From Caedimonas varicaedens (lineage in GTDB: Bacteria; Pseudomonadota; Alphaproteobacteria; Caedimonadales; Caedimonadaceae): DNA of 8,213 bases. Under the pieces are notes generated by a model, which saw only the letters and a list, made by a program, of their open reading frames with translations, made no database searches and had not been told where the DNA came from. The stretch spans positions 1 to 8,213 of the forward strand of contig BBVC01000056.1 in the NCBI GenBank assembly GCA_001192655.1, written 5' to 3'. The translations under genes were made by a program, and so were the position numbers. This document shows positions 1 to 7,208 of the stretch, in pieces. Numbering within the stretch: the first letter of the stretch is position 1; each line of letters begins with the position of its first letter.

Positions 1-164
1 CCCCACTGACACCCTGTTTTCGGGACATACAAAATCCCATTAACCAACTGTCGCTTAGCATATTTTGACATATTCTCATATTTTCCATGAGAAAAATAAC
101 CCTCAATCAATGACCATTGCTGGCGCCCATTAAACTGCTTGGATAGCTCACCGCCTATCCAAAA
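1..164 (-). mobile_element. IS5-family transposase, N-terminal (DUF4096-type) part only. It continues beyond the window start and may be a pseudogene.
   Basis: The minus-strand frame is open from 164 to 1, just below a TAG at 165-167. It reads FWIGGELSKQFNGRQQWSLIEGYFSHGKYENMSKYAKRQLVNGILYVPKTGCQW. The pattern (E)LS..QW.LIE ... L.NGILYV.KTGCQW is the conserved N-terminal signature of IS5-family (IS427/IS1031-like) transposases. No ATG or GTG lies near the 5' end of the open frame; the only in-frame candidates are an internal TTG and ATG. The start may therefore be damaged. Confidence 0.5.
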
Positions 165-209
165 CTATATATACCTTCTAAAATTCATGAAAATAAAATC
201 TAACAATTC

Positions 210-947
210 CTATTTGGATATTGGTGTTGCCACAACTATATAACTTTGGGCCCATCCTTTAGGAATAAAACCTACGTTATTGATAAATGTATCGAAGCTT
301 TGTAGAAATTTATTATAAAGCTCTGGGAATAGCCAACCCACTCTTGGTAAAAAACTGTAATAAATTATTTTTTCAACTCTAAAACCATTCTCTTTCAAAA
401 TTTGGCAAAACCTATTCGCACTCAGAACTACTGCTGCTTCTCTTCGGTACAAAAAATTTCTTAGCACATAGACCCAACCTAACGGACTTTTGGAATTCAC
501 ATGAATATTCGCGATTAAAATTCCATCTTGAGAAAGATGTGACTTTATCGCTCTTAATGCTTCATTTTTTAACTCATCTTGTGCATGCAAAAAGAAACGA
601 AATGAAGTAATGACATCAAACTTTTTATCCAAAAAATCTCTTGTCAGATCTAACTTGATAAGGTCACTTTTTTTGCATACCTCCTTTGCAACAACTAACA
701 TTTCTTCAGAAATATCGACACCACTTGTATGAATGAAAGAATTTTCAGCAAAGGAAAGAATTCTTCCAGTTCCACATGCAAAATCAAGATATGAAGCACC
801 TGGGTTTCTGCTAAGAAATTCATCAAAAATATCTTTTAATATTTTTTTTTCAAGCCGCTCCCATTGAAAACTAAAATATCCACTTTTATACGTCTCTGAA
901 TATATCAGACCATAATTTTTTGATGCATGACTGTTTCTATAATCCAT
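210..947 (-). CDS. Class I SAM-dependent methyltransferase; substrate unknown.
   Basis: 245-aa ORF. It has the SAM-binding motif I LDFACGTGR, an acidic post-I residue (SGVDISEEM) and a motif II-like FDVITSFRFFLH, which together give the Rossmann-fold class I MTase layout. Nothing in the sequence identifies the substrate as DNA, RNA, protein or a small molecule. The gene is visibly more AT-rich than secA. Confidence 0.85.
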   Translation of the reverse strand: MDYRNSHASKNYGLIYSETYKSGYFSFQWERLEKKILKDIFDEFLSRNPGASYLDFACGTGRILSFAENSFIHTSGVDISEEMLVVAKEVCKKSDLIKLDLTRDFLDKKFDVITSFRFFLHAQDELKNEALRAIKSHLSQDGILIANIHVNSKSPLGWVYVLRNFLYRREAAVVLSANRFCQILKENGFRVEKIIYYSFLPRVGWLFPELYNKFLQSFDTFINNVGFIPKGWAQSYIVVATPISK

Positions 948-1087
948 TTTTATTTATACAATATAAATGTAATTCCTTGCTCAGTTCTAAAACTATCTGC
1001 ATCTACTGTCAAGCTCCTTAAAAAGTAGTGTCATTAGCACATGATATGACCGAAAAATCTCACTACACAGTATATGTGTTAATATGA

Positions 1088-1190
1088 AGAATTTTCTCTT
1101 TTAAATTTTTAACATTCATCTTACGAGTCTTCCTGGATATTGTATAGTCTCATGATAGCTTTATAAAAGTTATGTATTATTTTGCAAGTT
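1088..1190 (+). pseudogene. Short scar of an IS630-family transposase (region around the second catalytic D); boundaries uncertain.
   Basis: The 17-nt core tgtatagtctcatgata (1141-1157) matches 7391-7407 with one mismatch. Flanking similarity includes ttcctgg vs tttctagg upstream and attttgcaa downstream. The length differences between the two copies are 3 nt and 12 nt, so frame is preserved. The frame reads ..FLDIV*SHDSFIK..FAS, parallel to ..FLGV*SHDTLKNFAK in the better-supported remnant at 7284-7697. Confidence 0.3.
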
Positions 1191-1220
1191 TTATAATTTT
1201 TTTCTAAAAAACTCTTTCAA

Positions 1221-1255
1221 GCCTTGCAATGACATTTTTTGTGCCATTGCAAGGC
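1221..1255. terminator. Hairpin in the intergenic region downstream of the SBP gene; candidate intrinsic terminator.
   Basis: Perfect 11-bp inverted repeat gccttgcaatg (1221-1231) / cattgcaaggc (1245-1255) with a 13-nt loop. On the + strand it is followed by agttttt. On the - strand the hairpin starts 27 nt after the SBP stop and is followed by ttgaaagagtttttt. The T tract is not immediately adjacent on the - strand, so confidence is moderate. Confidence 0.5.
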
Positions 1256-1281
1256 AGTTTTTCTCCTATCTGGGGAACTCG

Positions 1282-2214
1282 TTAGAGTCCCAGCTTTTTT
1301 CTTGTTTCCTTATTGATATAGACTTTAGAAATTTTGACGGTTTCTACTGAGATGGAACCAGGAGCTTCTCCATTTAAAATGCGCACGACAATTTTACCTG
1401 TTTCTCTTCCCACTTTTTCTTGATCATTGGCAAGGCCTGCCAACGCTCCTTCTTTGACACTTTCTGGATCACTGGCAAAAAGAGGAATCCTTGCCTCCAT
1501 TGCAACCTTAAGAAGTGACTGAAGAGCAGAAGCCACTGTATTATCATTTGGAATAAACATAGCTTCCACCTTATCTGAAAGGTATGTCGCGGCTGTCTGA
1601 ACAGTAGATGTTTTGGATGCAGGTGCTTCAACAAATTTCAAGCCCTTTTGCTCCAAAACTTTTTTAAGCTGATTTAGTTGAAAAACAGAATTTGGTTCTG
1701 AAGGATTATAAATAAGCCCCACCGTTTTAAGTGATGGAACCATTTCCTGCATAAGTTTCACCTGATCTTCAGGAGAAGGCAAATCAACTGTGCCCGTAAT
1801 GAATCCCTCCGGCTTCTCCAAATTTTTTACAAGCTTTGCACCCAATGGATCGGTAACAGCCCCAAAAACAAGGGCAGTTTTAGTTCCTTGCAAAACTTTT
1901 TGCATCGTCTGAGCGGATGGTGTTGAAATAGCAATAACAATGTCAGGACTTTCAGAAGCAATCTTTTGTGCAATCTGGACAGCCGTAGGAATATCCCCCT
2001 GAGCATTATCCTGGCTAATGTTTGCCTCATCATAACCATTTTCTTTTAATTCTGCGATAACACCCTGAGCAATTAAATCAAGAGAAGGATGTTTAATAAT
2101 TTGAGTAATCGCAATTTTTGCTTGTTTTTTATCAACAACACTTGCCTCTGTCGCAAAGAGAAAAGGTGTACAATTGCATAATATTAACAATAAGATACGA
2201 ACAAAATTTAACAT
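1282..2214 (-). CDS. ABC transporter substrate-binding protein, PF04392 (ABC_sub_bind) / COG2984 type; ligand unknown.
   Basis: 310-aa ORF with an N-terminal hydrophobic signal sequence (MLNFVRILLLILCNCTPFLFA|TEA). The body carries the family-typical blocks IAITQI..HPSLD, NAQGD, AISTPSAQ, FGAVTDP..A.LV...E.P....TG, GLIYNPSEPNS, FIPNDNTV and ALAGLA. Confidence 0.9.
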   Translation of the reverse strand: MLNFVRILLLILCNCTPFLFATEASVVDKKQAKIAITQIIKHPSLDLIAQGVIAELKENGYDEANISQDNAQGDIPTAVQIAQKIASESPDIVIAISTPSAQTMQKVLQGTKTALVFGAVTDPLGAKLVKNLEKPEGFITGTVDLPSPEDQVKLMQEMVPSLKTVGLIYNPSEPNSVFQLNQLKKVLEQKGLKFVEAPASKTSTVQTAATYLSDKVEAMFIPNDNTVASALQSLLKVAMEARIPLFASDPESVKEGALAGLANDQEKVGRETGKIVVRILNGEAPGSISVETVKISKVYINKETRKKLGL

Positions 2215-2488
2215 TTTAAAACCTTTTAAAAAAAATTGGAAAAATAAACGAAAAGAGAGGGGAATATAAAATTAAAGTTGCGCCTGGAGGCGCCAGATGA
2301 CGCGTACAGAAAAGAATAGCTCAGGCACGTCAGAAGCTACTATAGAGACATTTTCGAAGGAATAATTTTCTAACATCATGGTTTTAATAGTATTAGAAAT
2401 TAGAATTTTTCTCAATACTTTTTTGTATTTTTGTATAGAGTATAATACCCCTATAATTTAGATCATAAATGATGATCTAAAAAGAGCA

Positions 2489-2683
2489 TCATTTATGACA
2501 CAATTCATTTTCTTGCGCTTGTGACTTTTGACAGGGCGTTGAATCGGTGGCTCTGTCACATCTAATCACTTCAGAGGTCAACGTTCGATCCTTCTTGATG
2601 GCAAGCGTCTTGCCCATCAAAGGCTCCAACCTTTTAAACAGACGACAGACGTTGGAATTATGAAGACCAAACAAATGACCGAC
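2489..2683 (-). pseudogene. Internal fragment of an HTH_Tnp_4/DDE_Tnp_4-type (IS5-superfamily, Harbinger-like) transposase.
   Basis: The frame opens just after a TAA (2684-2686) and reads VGHLFGLHNSNVCRLFKRLEPLMGKTLAIKKDRTLTSEV... The block (L)GFLFG...SNVCR..K.LEP...IKKDR.LT matches the HTH-to-catalytic linker region of this transposase family as I recall it. There is no N-terminus and no DDE domain. The frame ends in TGA at 2489-2491, next to palindromic sequence. Confidence 0.5.
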
Positions 2684-2763
2684 TTAACGCGAATGCCACT
2701 TTGGAACTGCAAAAATTTATATATCTTTTTCCAATCGTCTGATTTTATGTAATACTTATCCAT
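2684..2763 (-). pseudogene. About 27-codon N-terminal stub of a second, different IS5-family (DUF4096-type) transposase.
   Basis: An ATG at 2763 is preceded by a good Shine-Dalgarno (aaaaaggagcgttaacATG). It reads MDKYYIKSDDWKKIYKFLQFQSGIRVKS, which resembles the ...W.KIY.FL.....I.V... N-terminus of IS5-family transposases. Recognisable similarity is then lost and the adjoining frame belongs to a different family. The track ORF 2617-2811 is this stub plus non-homologous read-through. Confidence 0.4.
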
Positions 2764-2892
2764 GTTAACGCTCCTTTTTAACAAACGAACGTTACCACTT
2801 TTTCTATTCAATCTTTAGATAAGTGCACACAACTTAATAGCTTTTCTCTTCATAGAGAAATGATTCGCGTCGCATAATTAAGCTATAACATT

Positions 2893-2920
2893 AAAAAAGC
2901 CCCATTCACGGGGCTTTTTT
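2893..2920 (-). terminator. Rho-independent terminator (structurally bidirectional) after the lipoprotein gene.
   Basis: The sequence is aaaaaaGCCCC-attcac-GGGGCtttttt. The GC stem spans 2899-2903 / 2910-2914 with a 6-nt loop. It is flanked by A6 (2893-2898) and T6 (2915-2920), so either strand reads a hairpin followed by a U tract. It lies 22 nt downstream of the stop codon whose outer base is 2943. Confidence 0.8.
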
Positions 2921-2942
2921 AATTTAAGAAAACTTATTTTCT

Positions 2943-3146
2943 TTATTTAGGAGCTTCAGCTGGCGCAGCAGGAGCTTCAGCTGGTGCAGCAGGAGCTTCA
3001 GCTGGTGCAGCAGGAGCTTCAGCTGGTGCAGCAGGAGCTGAGGCAGCTTCCGTTGCTTTATTTTCTTCTTTTTTCTTCTCTCCACAAGAAACTAGTGAGA
3101 ATGATGCCAAAAACGCAACAGCCACCAGTAGTTTATTAGATGTCAT
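2943..3146 (-). CDS. Small (67 aa) lipoprotein with a Pro/Ala-rich tandem-repeat tail.
   Basis: Strong RBS (aaaaGGAGAgaagtATG). The signal peptide MTSNKLLVAVAFLASFSLVS|C carries a canonical lipobox L-V-S-C. The mature part is CGEKKKEENKATEAAS followed by (APAAPAE)x4 and APK. A strong terminator follows directly. Confidence 0.75.
   Translation of the reverse strand: MTSNKLLVAVAFLASFSLVSCGEKKKEENKATEAASAPAAPAEAPAAPAEAPAAPAEAPAAPAEAPK
2950..3039. repeat. Head-to-tail 21-bp tandem repeat, about 4.3 copies, in frame within the lipoprotein CDS.
   Basis: The unit is ggagcttcagctggYgcagca, at 2950-2970, 2971-2991, 2992-3012 and 3013-3033, plus a partial copy ggagct at 3034-3039. Copies 2-4 are identical. 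Copy 1 differs at one position (c at 2964), which is synonymous in the minus-strand frame. Confidence 0.95.
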
Positions 3147-3239
3147 ACTTCTCTCCTTTTAAGATAAAACAGAGTTAACCTATCATAGATTACCTATGAA
3201 TGCAACCTGTCCATCATTTTAGTACATTTATAGTCATAC

Positions 3240-4142
3240 TTATTTTTTTGCATCAGTGCTTGCGGGGACTGAAGCAACGCCTGCTTCATCCTTACCCACT
3301 GCTGCTGGTTTCCCGTCTGCATTAAAACGTTCAATGCTTGCCTTATCACGATGTTGTTCTACTAATTTTTTGAACTGCTCTTGAAAGACAGCAGCACCCA
3401 ATTGATCCTTAATTTCTTCAAATTTAGGGGGCTTTACTTTTCGGCGATCTTCAACCTTGATAACGTGCCAACCCAATGAAGTCTTGACAGGTGTCTCATT
3501 ATAGGCACCAGGTTTCAAGGCAAAAAGAGCGTCTCCGAATGTTGGGTCTATATCGTTTTTACGCATATACCCCAACTCTCCTCCTTCATTTGCTGTTGAT
3601 TTATCGATTGATTTTTCACGTGCTAATTTTTGAAAATCAGCACCACCCTTAAGATCCTGGATAATCTTCTTGGCCTCTGCCTCATCTTTCACCATAATGT
3701 GACGCGCCTTTGTCTCCATTTCATCTTTGGGGAAAGCCTTGATAAATTCGTCATACTTTGCCTTAATAGCCTTATCATTCACAAGAGGATTAAGTTGTTT
3801 GCCGATATAAGCTTGCAAAAGAACCTGGTCTGTCATTTGAGCTATGGCTTGCTGGACCTCAGGATCTTTTTCAAGATTTGCTTTTTTAGCGGCATCCGTC
3901 AGTAATTTGATGTCAATAGCCTGATCGCGCAGTCCTGCAAAAAACTTTTCCTTATCCTTTTCTCTTGCATTTTTCACTAGCTCAGGAGGTAGGGTTTTCT
4001 CAATTTTTTCCAAATCTGCCTTGTAAACAGGTTCGCCATTAACTTTTGCAACTACCGTATCAGTGGCAGTCGCGGCAAAAGATGGTGACGCATAGATCAT
4101 CACTGCAGCCAAAGCCGTAGAAGCTATTAATTTTTTTAGCAT
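3240..4142 (-). CDS. Periplasmic parvulin-type peptidyl-prolyl cis-trans isomerase (SurA/PpiC-like: N-terminal chaperone-like domain plus rotamase domain).
   Basis: The rotamase domain reads ARHIMVKDEAEAKKIIQDLKGGADFQKLAREKSIDKSTANEGGELGYMRKNDIDPTFGDALFALKPGAYNETPVKTSLGWHVIKVEDRR, showing the parvulin pattern H.I....GG.LG......F....F.L..G....PV.T..GWH.I. I prefer the ATG at 4142, which gives MLKKLIASTALAAVMIYASPSFA|ATA (a signal peptide) and is preceded by aaaGGAaaaaaat. The track ATG at 4172 has no RBS. Confidence 0.9.
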   Translation of the reverse strand: MLKKLIASTALAAVMIYASPSFAATATDTVVAKVNGEPVYKADLEKIEKTLPPELVKNAREKDKEKFFAGLRDQAIDIKLLTDAAKKANLEKDPEVQQAIAQMTDQVLLQAYIGKQLNPLVNDKAIKAKYDEFIKAFPKDEMETKARHIMVKDEAEAKKIIQDLKGGADFQKLAREKSIDKSTANEGGELGYMRKNDIDPTFGDALFALKPGAYNETPVKTSLGWHVIKVEDRRKVKPPKFEEIKDQLGAAVFQEQFKKLVEQHRDKASIERFNADGKPAAVGKDEAGVASVPASTDAKK

Positions 4143-4251
4143 ATTTTTTTCCTTTCCATTGGATATTACCATTTAATTTCATTATTTTTGGAATTATGGT
4201 ACGTATAATCCAGCCGAAAGCAACAAAATAATTTTATTGATATGTTTTCTT

Positions 4252-4281
4252 TTGCAGCTTTCTTGCTTTACAAGATAAAAT
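4252..4281 (+). promoter_or_regulatory. Candidate sigma70-type promoter for secA.
   Basis: TTGCAG (4252-4257), an 18-nt spacer, then TAAAAT (4276-4281), about 60 nt upstream of the secA ATG in the divergent intergenic region. This is a motif match only, and in AT-rich DNA such matches are common. Confidence 0.2.
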
Positions 4282-4340
4282 AAGCGTACAGTTGCTTTAA
4301 TTTTTGAATTTTTCTGACACATGTGCGGAGTATAGTTTTA

Positions 4341-7106
4341 ATGTTTACTACCCTACTACAAAAAGTCATTGGCTCTTCTAATGATCGGCATATCAAACGC
4401 TTGCGTCCGTTAGTGACATCCATTGCTCAACTGGAAAACGAGCTTGAAAAGCTAAGTGATGATGAGCTTCGCGCCAGAACATCCTGGTTCAGGGGTCGCC
4501 TTGAAAAGGGAGAGACTTTAGATGATTTGTTGGTGGAAGCATTTGCCACAGTACGTGAGGCTTCCAAGCGTGTTTTAAACATGCGCCATTTTGATGTTCA
4601 AATGATCGGGGGTATTCTTCTTCACCGGGGTATCGCTATTGAGATGGGAACAGGAGAAGGAAAGACGCTTATCGCAACTTTGCCGGCTTACCTCAACGCA
4701 CTGACCAGAAAAGGCGTTCATGTGGTCACAGTCAACGATTATCTGGCGCGACGCGACTCGGAATGGATGGGGGCAGTTTACCGTTTTCTGGGACTTTCTG
4801 TCGGATGCATTTTGCATGATCTGGATGATGCTGAACGTCAAGAAGCTTACAACTGCGATATTACGCATGCCACGAATAATGAGCTGGGATTTGATTATCT
4901 ACGTGATAATATGAAATTCCGCGTTGATCAGATGGTGCAACGTCCCTTTAATTATGGGATTGTCGATGAAGTTGACAGTATCCTGATTGACGAGGCGCGA
5001 ACTCCTCTGATTATTTCGGGACCAGCGGAAGATTCATCCGAACTTTACAGGCAGGTCAACCTTATTATTCCAGAGCTTGCGCCAGAAGATTATGAAAAAG
5101 ATGAAAAATCACGTTCCATTACGTTAACTGAGCAGGGATCTCAAACAGTTGAAGAAATCCTTACACGATTAAATTTGATACAAGGCGGTTCACTCTACGA
5201 TATTCATAACATCTCTCTTGTTCACCACATCAATCAGGCATTGAAAGCGCATCAGCTCTTTGCCCGGGATGTGGATTATATGGTGAAAGACGACAAGGTC
5301 ATCATTATTGATGAATTCACTGGACGAATGATGGAAGGCCGCCGCTATTCCGATGGCTTGCATCAGGCTCTGGAAGCAAAAGAAAATGTCACGATTCAAA
5401 TGGAAAACCAGACGCTGGCTTCCATTACATTTCAAAATCTCTTCCGTCTCTATCCAAAACTCTCAGGAATGACAGGAACGGCTAAAACAGAAGCAGCCGA
5501 ACTTGGGGATATTTATAAGCTTGAAGTCATTCAGGTGCCGACAAATCTTCCCCTGGCACGACAGGATCTCGATGATGAAGTTTATCGTACGGCTGGTGAA
5601 AAATACGAAGCGATCATCAAATTAATTCAGGAATGTCGTGAAAAAAACCAGCCTATTTTGGTAGGAACAGTCAGCATTGAAAAGTCTGAATATCTGTCCG
5701 AGCTTCTTAAAAAGAAAAACATTCCGCATCAGGTGCTGAATGCCCGTTATCATGAGCAAGAAGCCATGATTATTTCTCAGACCGGTAGTCCGGGTGCAGT
5801 GACAATTGCCACCAATATGGCAGGTCGAGGCACAGACATCAAGTTAGGTGGTAATGTCGATATCCGTCTGGCCTTTGAACTCAAGGATATAACGGATCCT
5901 TCGGAACACCAAAGGATCGAGGAAAAAATTCGCGAAGAGATGGCTACTGCAGAAAGAGAAGTCAAAGCAGCGGGTGGTCTTTTTGTGATTGGCACAGAAC
6001 GTCATGAAAGCCGGCGCATTGATAATCAATTACGTGGTCGTTCCGGTCGACAGGGAGACCCCGGAAAATCAAAATTCTTTCTTTCTCTTGATGATGATCT
6101 CATGCGTATTTTTGGTTCAAATCGTATTGATGGCATGCTGCAAAAATTAGGGCTTCAGCCCGGGGAAGCTATTACCCATCCCTGGATCAATAAAGCTTTG
6201 GAACGAGCCCAACAAAAGGTTGAAGCTCATAACTATGATATTCGCAAACACCTCATTAAATATGACGATGTCATGAATGATCAGCGCAAGGTGATTTATG
6301 AACAACGACGAGAATTGATGATCATAGAAGACGCCAGCGAATTAGTGCGCGAAATGGAAAGAGAAGTTTTAGATACGTCTTTGTTGCGGTTTATTCCCGA
6401 AGATGCTTACCCCGATCAATGGGAAGTCAAAGGACTTCATGAAGAATGTATGCGTATTTTTGGTCTCGATTTGCCCATTGAGGAATGGTCGAAAGAAGAA
6501 GGAATAGCAGAAGCTGAAATCAGACAGCGTATTGAGTCCGCCATTCAGGATAAGATGAAGACTAAGGAAGATAAATATGGTTCTGATTCAATGCGTATGG
6601 CAGAAAAAAGTATTCTTCTGCGTGTTCTCGATCAAATATGGAAAGATCATTTGCATGCGCTCGATTATGTACGCCAGGGCATTAATTTGCGAGCATATGC
6701 CCAGCGTGACCCTTTAAATGAGTATAAACAAGAAGCCTTTAGTCTTTACCAGGAAATGCTGGGAAAAATTAAAGAACAAGTTGTGACTGCTCTTTGTTAC
6801 ATTGAACTCTATCAGGAGTCTCCTTCAGAAATATTTAATGCTGCGATTGAAGATATAGAGGGTGCGCAAAGGAATATACGTCTTGAGCAGCCTGGACTTG
6901 ATTCCGTCAAGCAAGATCTACCGGCAACCAAAACACGTAATAGACCCGCTAAAAGCATACGGAAAGTGCCTCTTCGTTCTCATGCAAAAAAAACTGACCT
7001 TGAAAGAGTAGACGTTTCTTTGGGAAAAATAGATGAAAGTGTTTCCCGAAATGCTCCTTGTCCTTGCGGTTCAGGAAGACGCTATAAGCATTGCCATGGT
7101 AAATAA
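4341..7106 (+). CDS. secA: Preprotein translocase ATPase SecA.
   Basis: The signature is unmistakable. Walker A is MGTGEGKTL and the DEAD-like box is [20 protein letters not shown]. Also present are [21 protein letters not shown] and [31 protein letters not shown]. The C-terminus carries the zinc-binding SEC-C motif [16 protein letters not shown] prefer the ATG at 4341 ([21 protein letters not shown], a typical SecA N-terminus) with GGAG at 4327-4330, 10 nt upstream, over the track's GTG at 4323. Confidence 0.97.
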   Translation: MFTTLLQKVIGSSNDRHIKRLRPLVTSIAQLENELEKLSDDELRARTSWFRGRLEKGETLDDLLVEAFATVREASKRVLNMRHFDVQMIGGILLHRGIAIEMGTGEGKTLIATLPAYLNALTRKGVHVVTVNDYLARRDSEWMGAVYRFLGLSVGCILHDLDDAERQEAYNCDITHATNNELGFDYLRDNMKFRVDQMVQRPFNYGIVDEVDSILIDEARTPLIISGPAEDSSELYRQVNLIIPELAPEDYEKDEKSRSITLTEQGSQTVEEILTRLNLIQGGSLYDIHNISLVHHINQALKAHQLFARDVDYMVKDDKVIIIDEFTGRMMEGRRYSDGLHQALEAKENVTIQMENQTLASITFQNLFRLYPKLSGMTGTAKTEAAELGDIYKLEVIQVPTNLPLARQDLDDEVYRTAGEKYEAIIKLIQECREKNQPILVGTVSIEKSEYLSELLKKKNIPHQVLNARYHEQEAMIISQTGSPGAVTIATNMAGRGTDIKLGGNVDIRLAFELKDITDPSEHQRIEEKIREEMATAEREVKAAGGLFVIGTERHESRRIDNQLRGRSGRQGDPGKSKFFLSLDDDLMRIFGSNRIDGMLQKLGLQPGEAITHPWINKALERAQQKVEAHNYDIRKHLIKYDDVMNDQRKVIYEQRRELMIIEDASELVREMEREVLDTSLLRFIPEDAYPDQWEVKGLHEECMRIFGLDLPIEEWSKEEGIAEAEIRQRIESAIQDKMKTKEDKYGSDSMRMAEKSILLRVLDQIWKDHLHALDYVRQGINLRAYAQRDPLNEYKQEAFSLYQEMLGKIKEQVVTALCYIELYQESPSEIFNAAIEDIEGAQRNIRLEQPGLDSVKQDLPATKTRNRPAKSIRKVPLRSHAKKTDLERVDVSLGKIDESVSRNAPCPCGSGRRYKHCHGK

Positions 7107-7208
7107 AACGATCATCTCTTGTACACGCAGATCGTAAGACAAAAGTTATAGACTTAGGGAAAACAAATGTGGACACCATTTTGGAAGAAATGATGACCAG
7201 AAAAAGTC

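Noticed and set aside
1085-1095. The 11-mer tgaagaatttt, shared between 1085-1095 and 7411-7421, as additional evidence linking the two IS630-like scars.
   Set aside because: It occurs in a different order relative to the 17-nt core in the two loci. Exact 11-mers are expected to recur by chance in a window of this size and composition.
1374-2039. Track ORFs 1374-1634(-) and 1827-2039(-), out of frame inside the SBP gene. Track ORF 3630-3905(+), antisense inside the PPIase gene, was rejected on the same grounds.
   Set aside because: They are shadow ORFs within well-supported CDSs. Their composition is odd (Leu/Phe/Arg rich) and they have no motifs.
2449-2457. ccctataat (2449-2457) is the reverse complement of attataggg (7886-7894) just upstream of the IS630 ORF. 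I considered that it marks a solo IS630 inverted repeat that truncated the 2489-2683 fragment.
   Set aside because: Only 9 nt match exactly (about 11 of 14 when extended), and the flanks do not align. In 8 kb of AT-rich sequence, inverted 9-mers are expected by chance. This needs the real IS630 termini to evaluate.
2950-3039. The 21-bp repeats as a possible CRISPR array.
   Set aside because: The units are contiguous with no spacers, only about 4 copies long, in frame within a CDS with a signal peptide, and encode a regular heptad. This is a coding VNTR, not CRISPR.
4323-4340. The GTG at 4323 as the secA start, and likewise the ATG at 4172 as the PPIase start.
   Set aside because: The ATG at 4341 gives the canonical SecA N-terminus and sits 10 nt downstream of GGAG, whereas the GTG lies upstream of that SD. 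For the PPIase, the ATG at 4142 has an AAGGA-type RBS and starts directly with a signal peptide, while 4172 has no RBS and adds 10 non-signal residues.
4575-6029. Track ORFs nested in secA: 4575-4868(-), 4720-4914(+), 5190-5435(-), 5777-5995(-) and 5844-6029(-).
   Set aside because: All lie entirely inside the strongly supported secA frame, either antisense or out of frame. None has a recognisable motif or RBS. These are typical shadow ORFs.
7107-7208. The hairpin acgatc (7108-7113) / gatcgt (7130-7135) after the secA stop as an intrinsic terminator.
   Set aside because: The stem is only 6 bp, the loop is 16 nt and no U tract follows. That is not enough to call a terminator.
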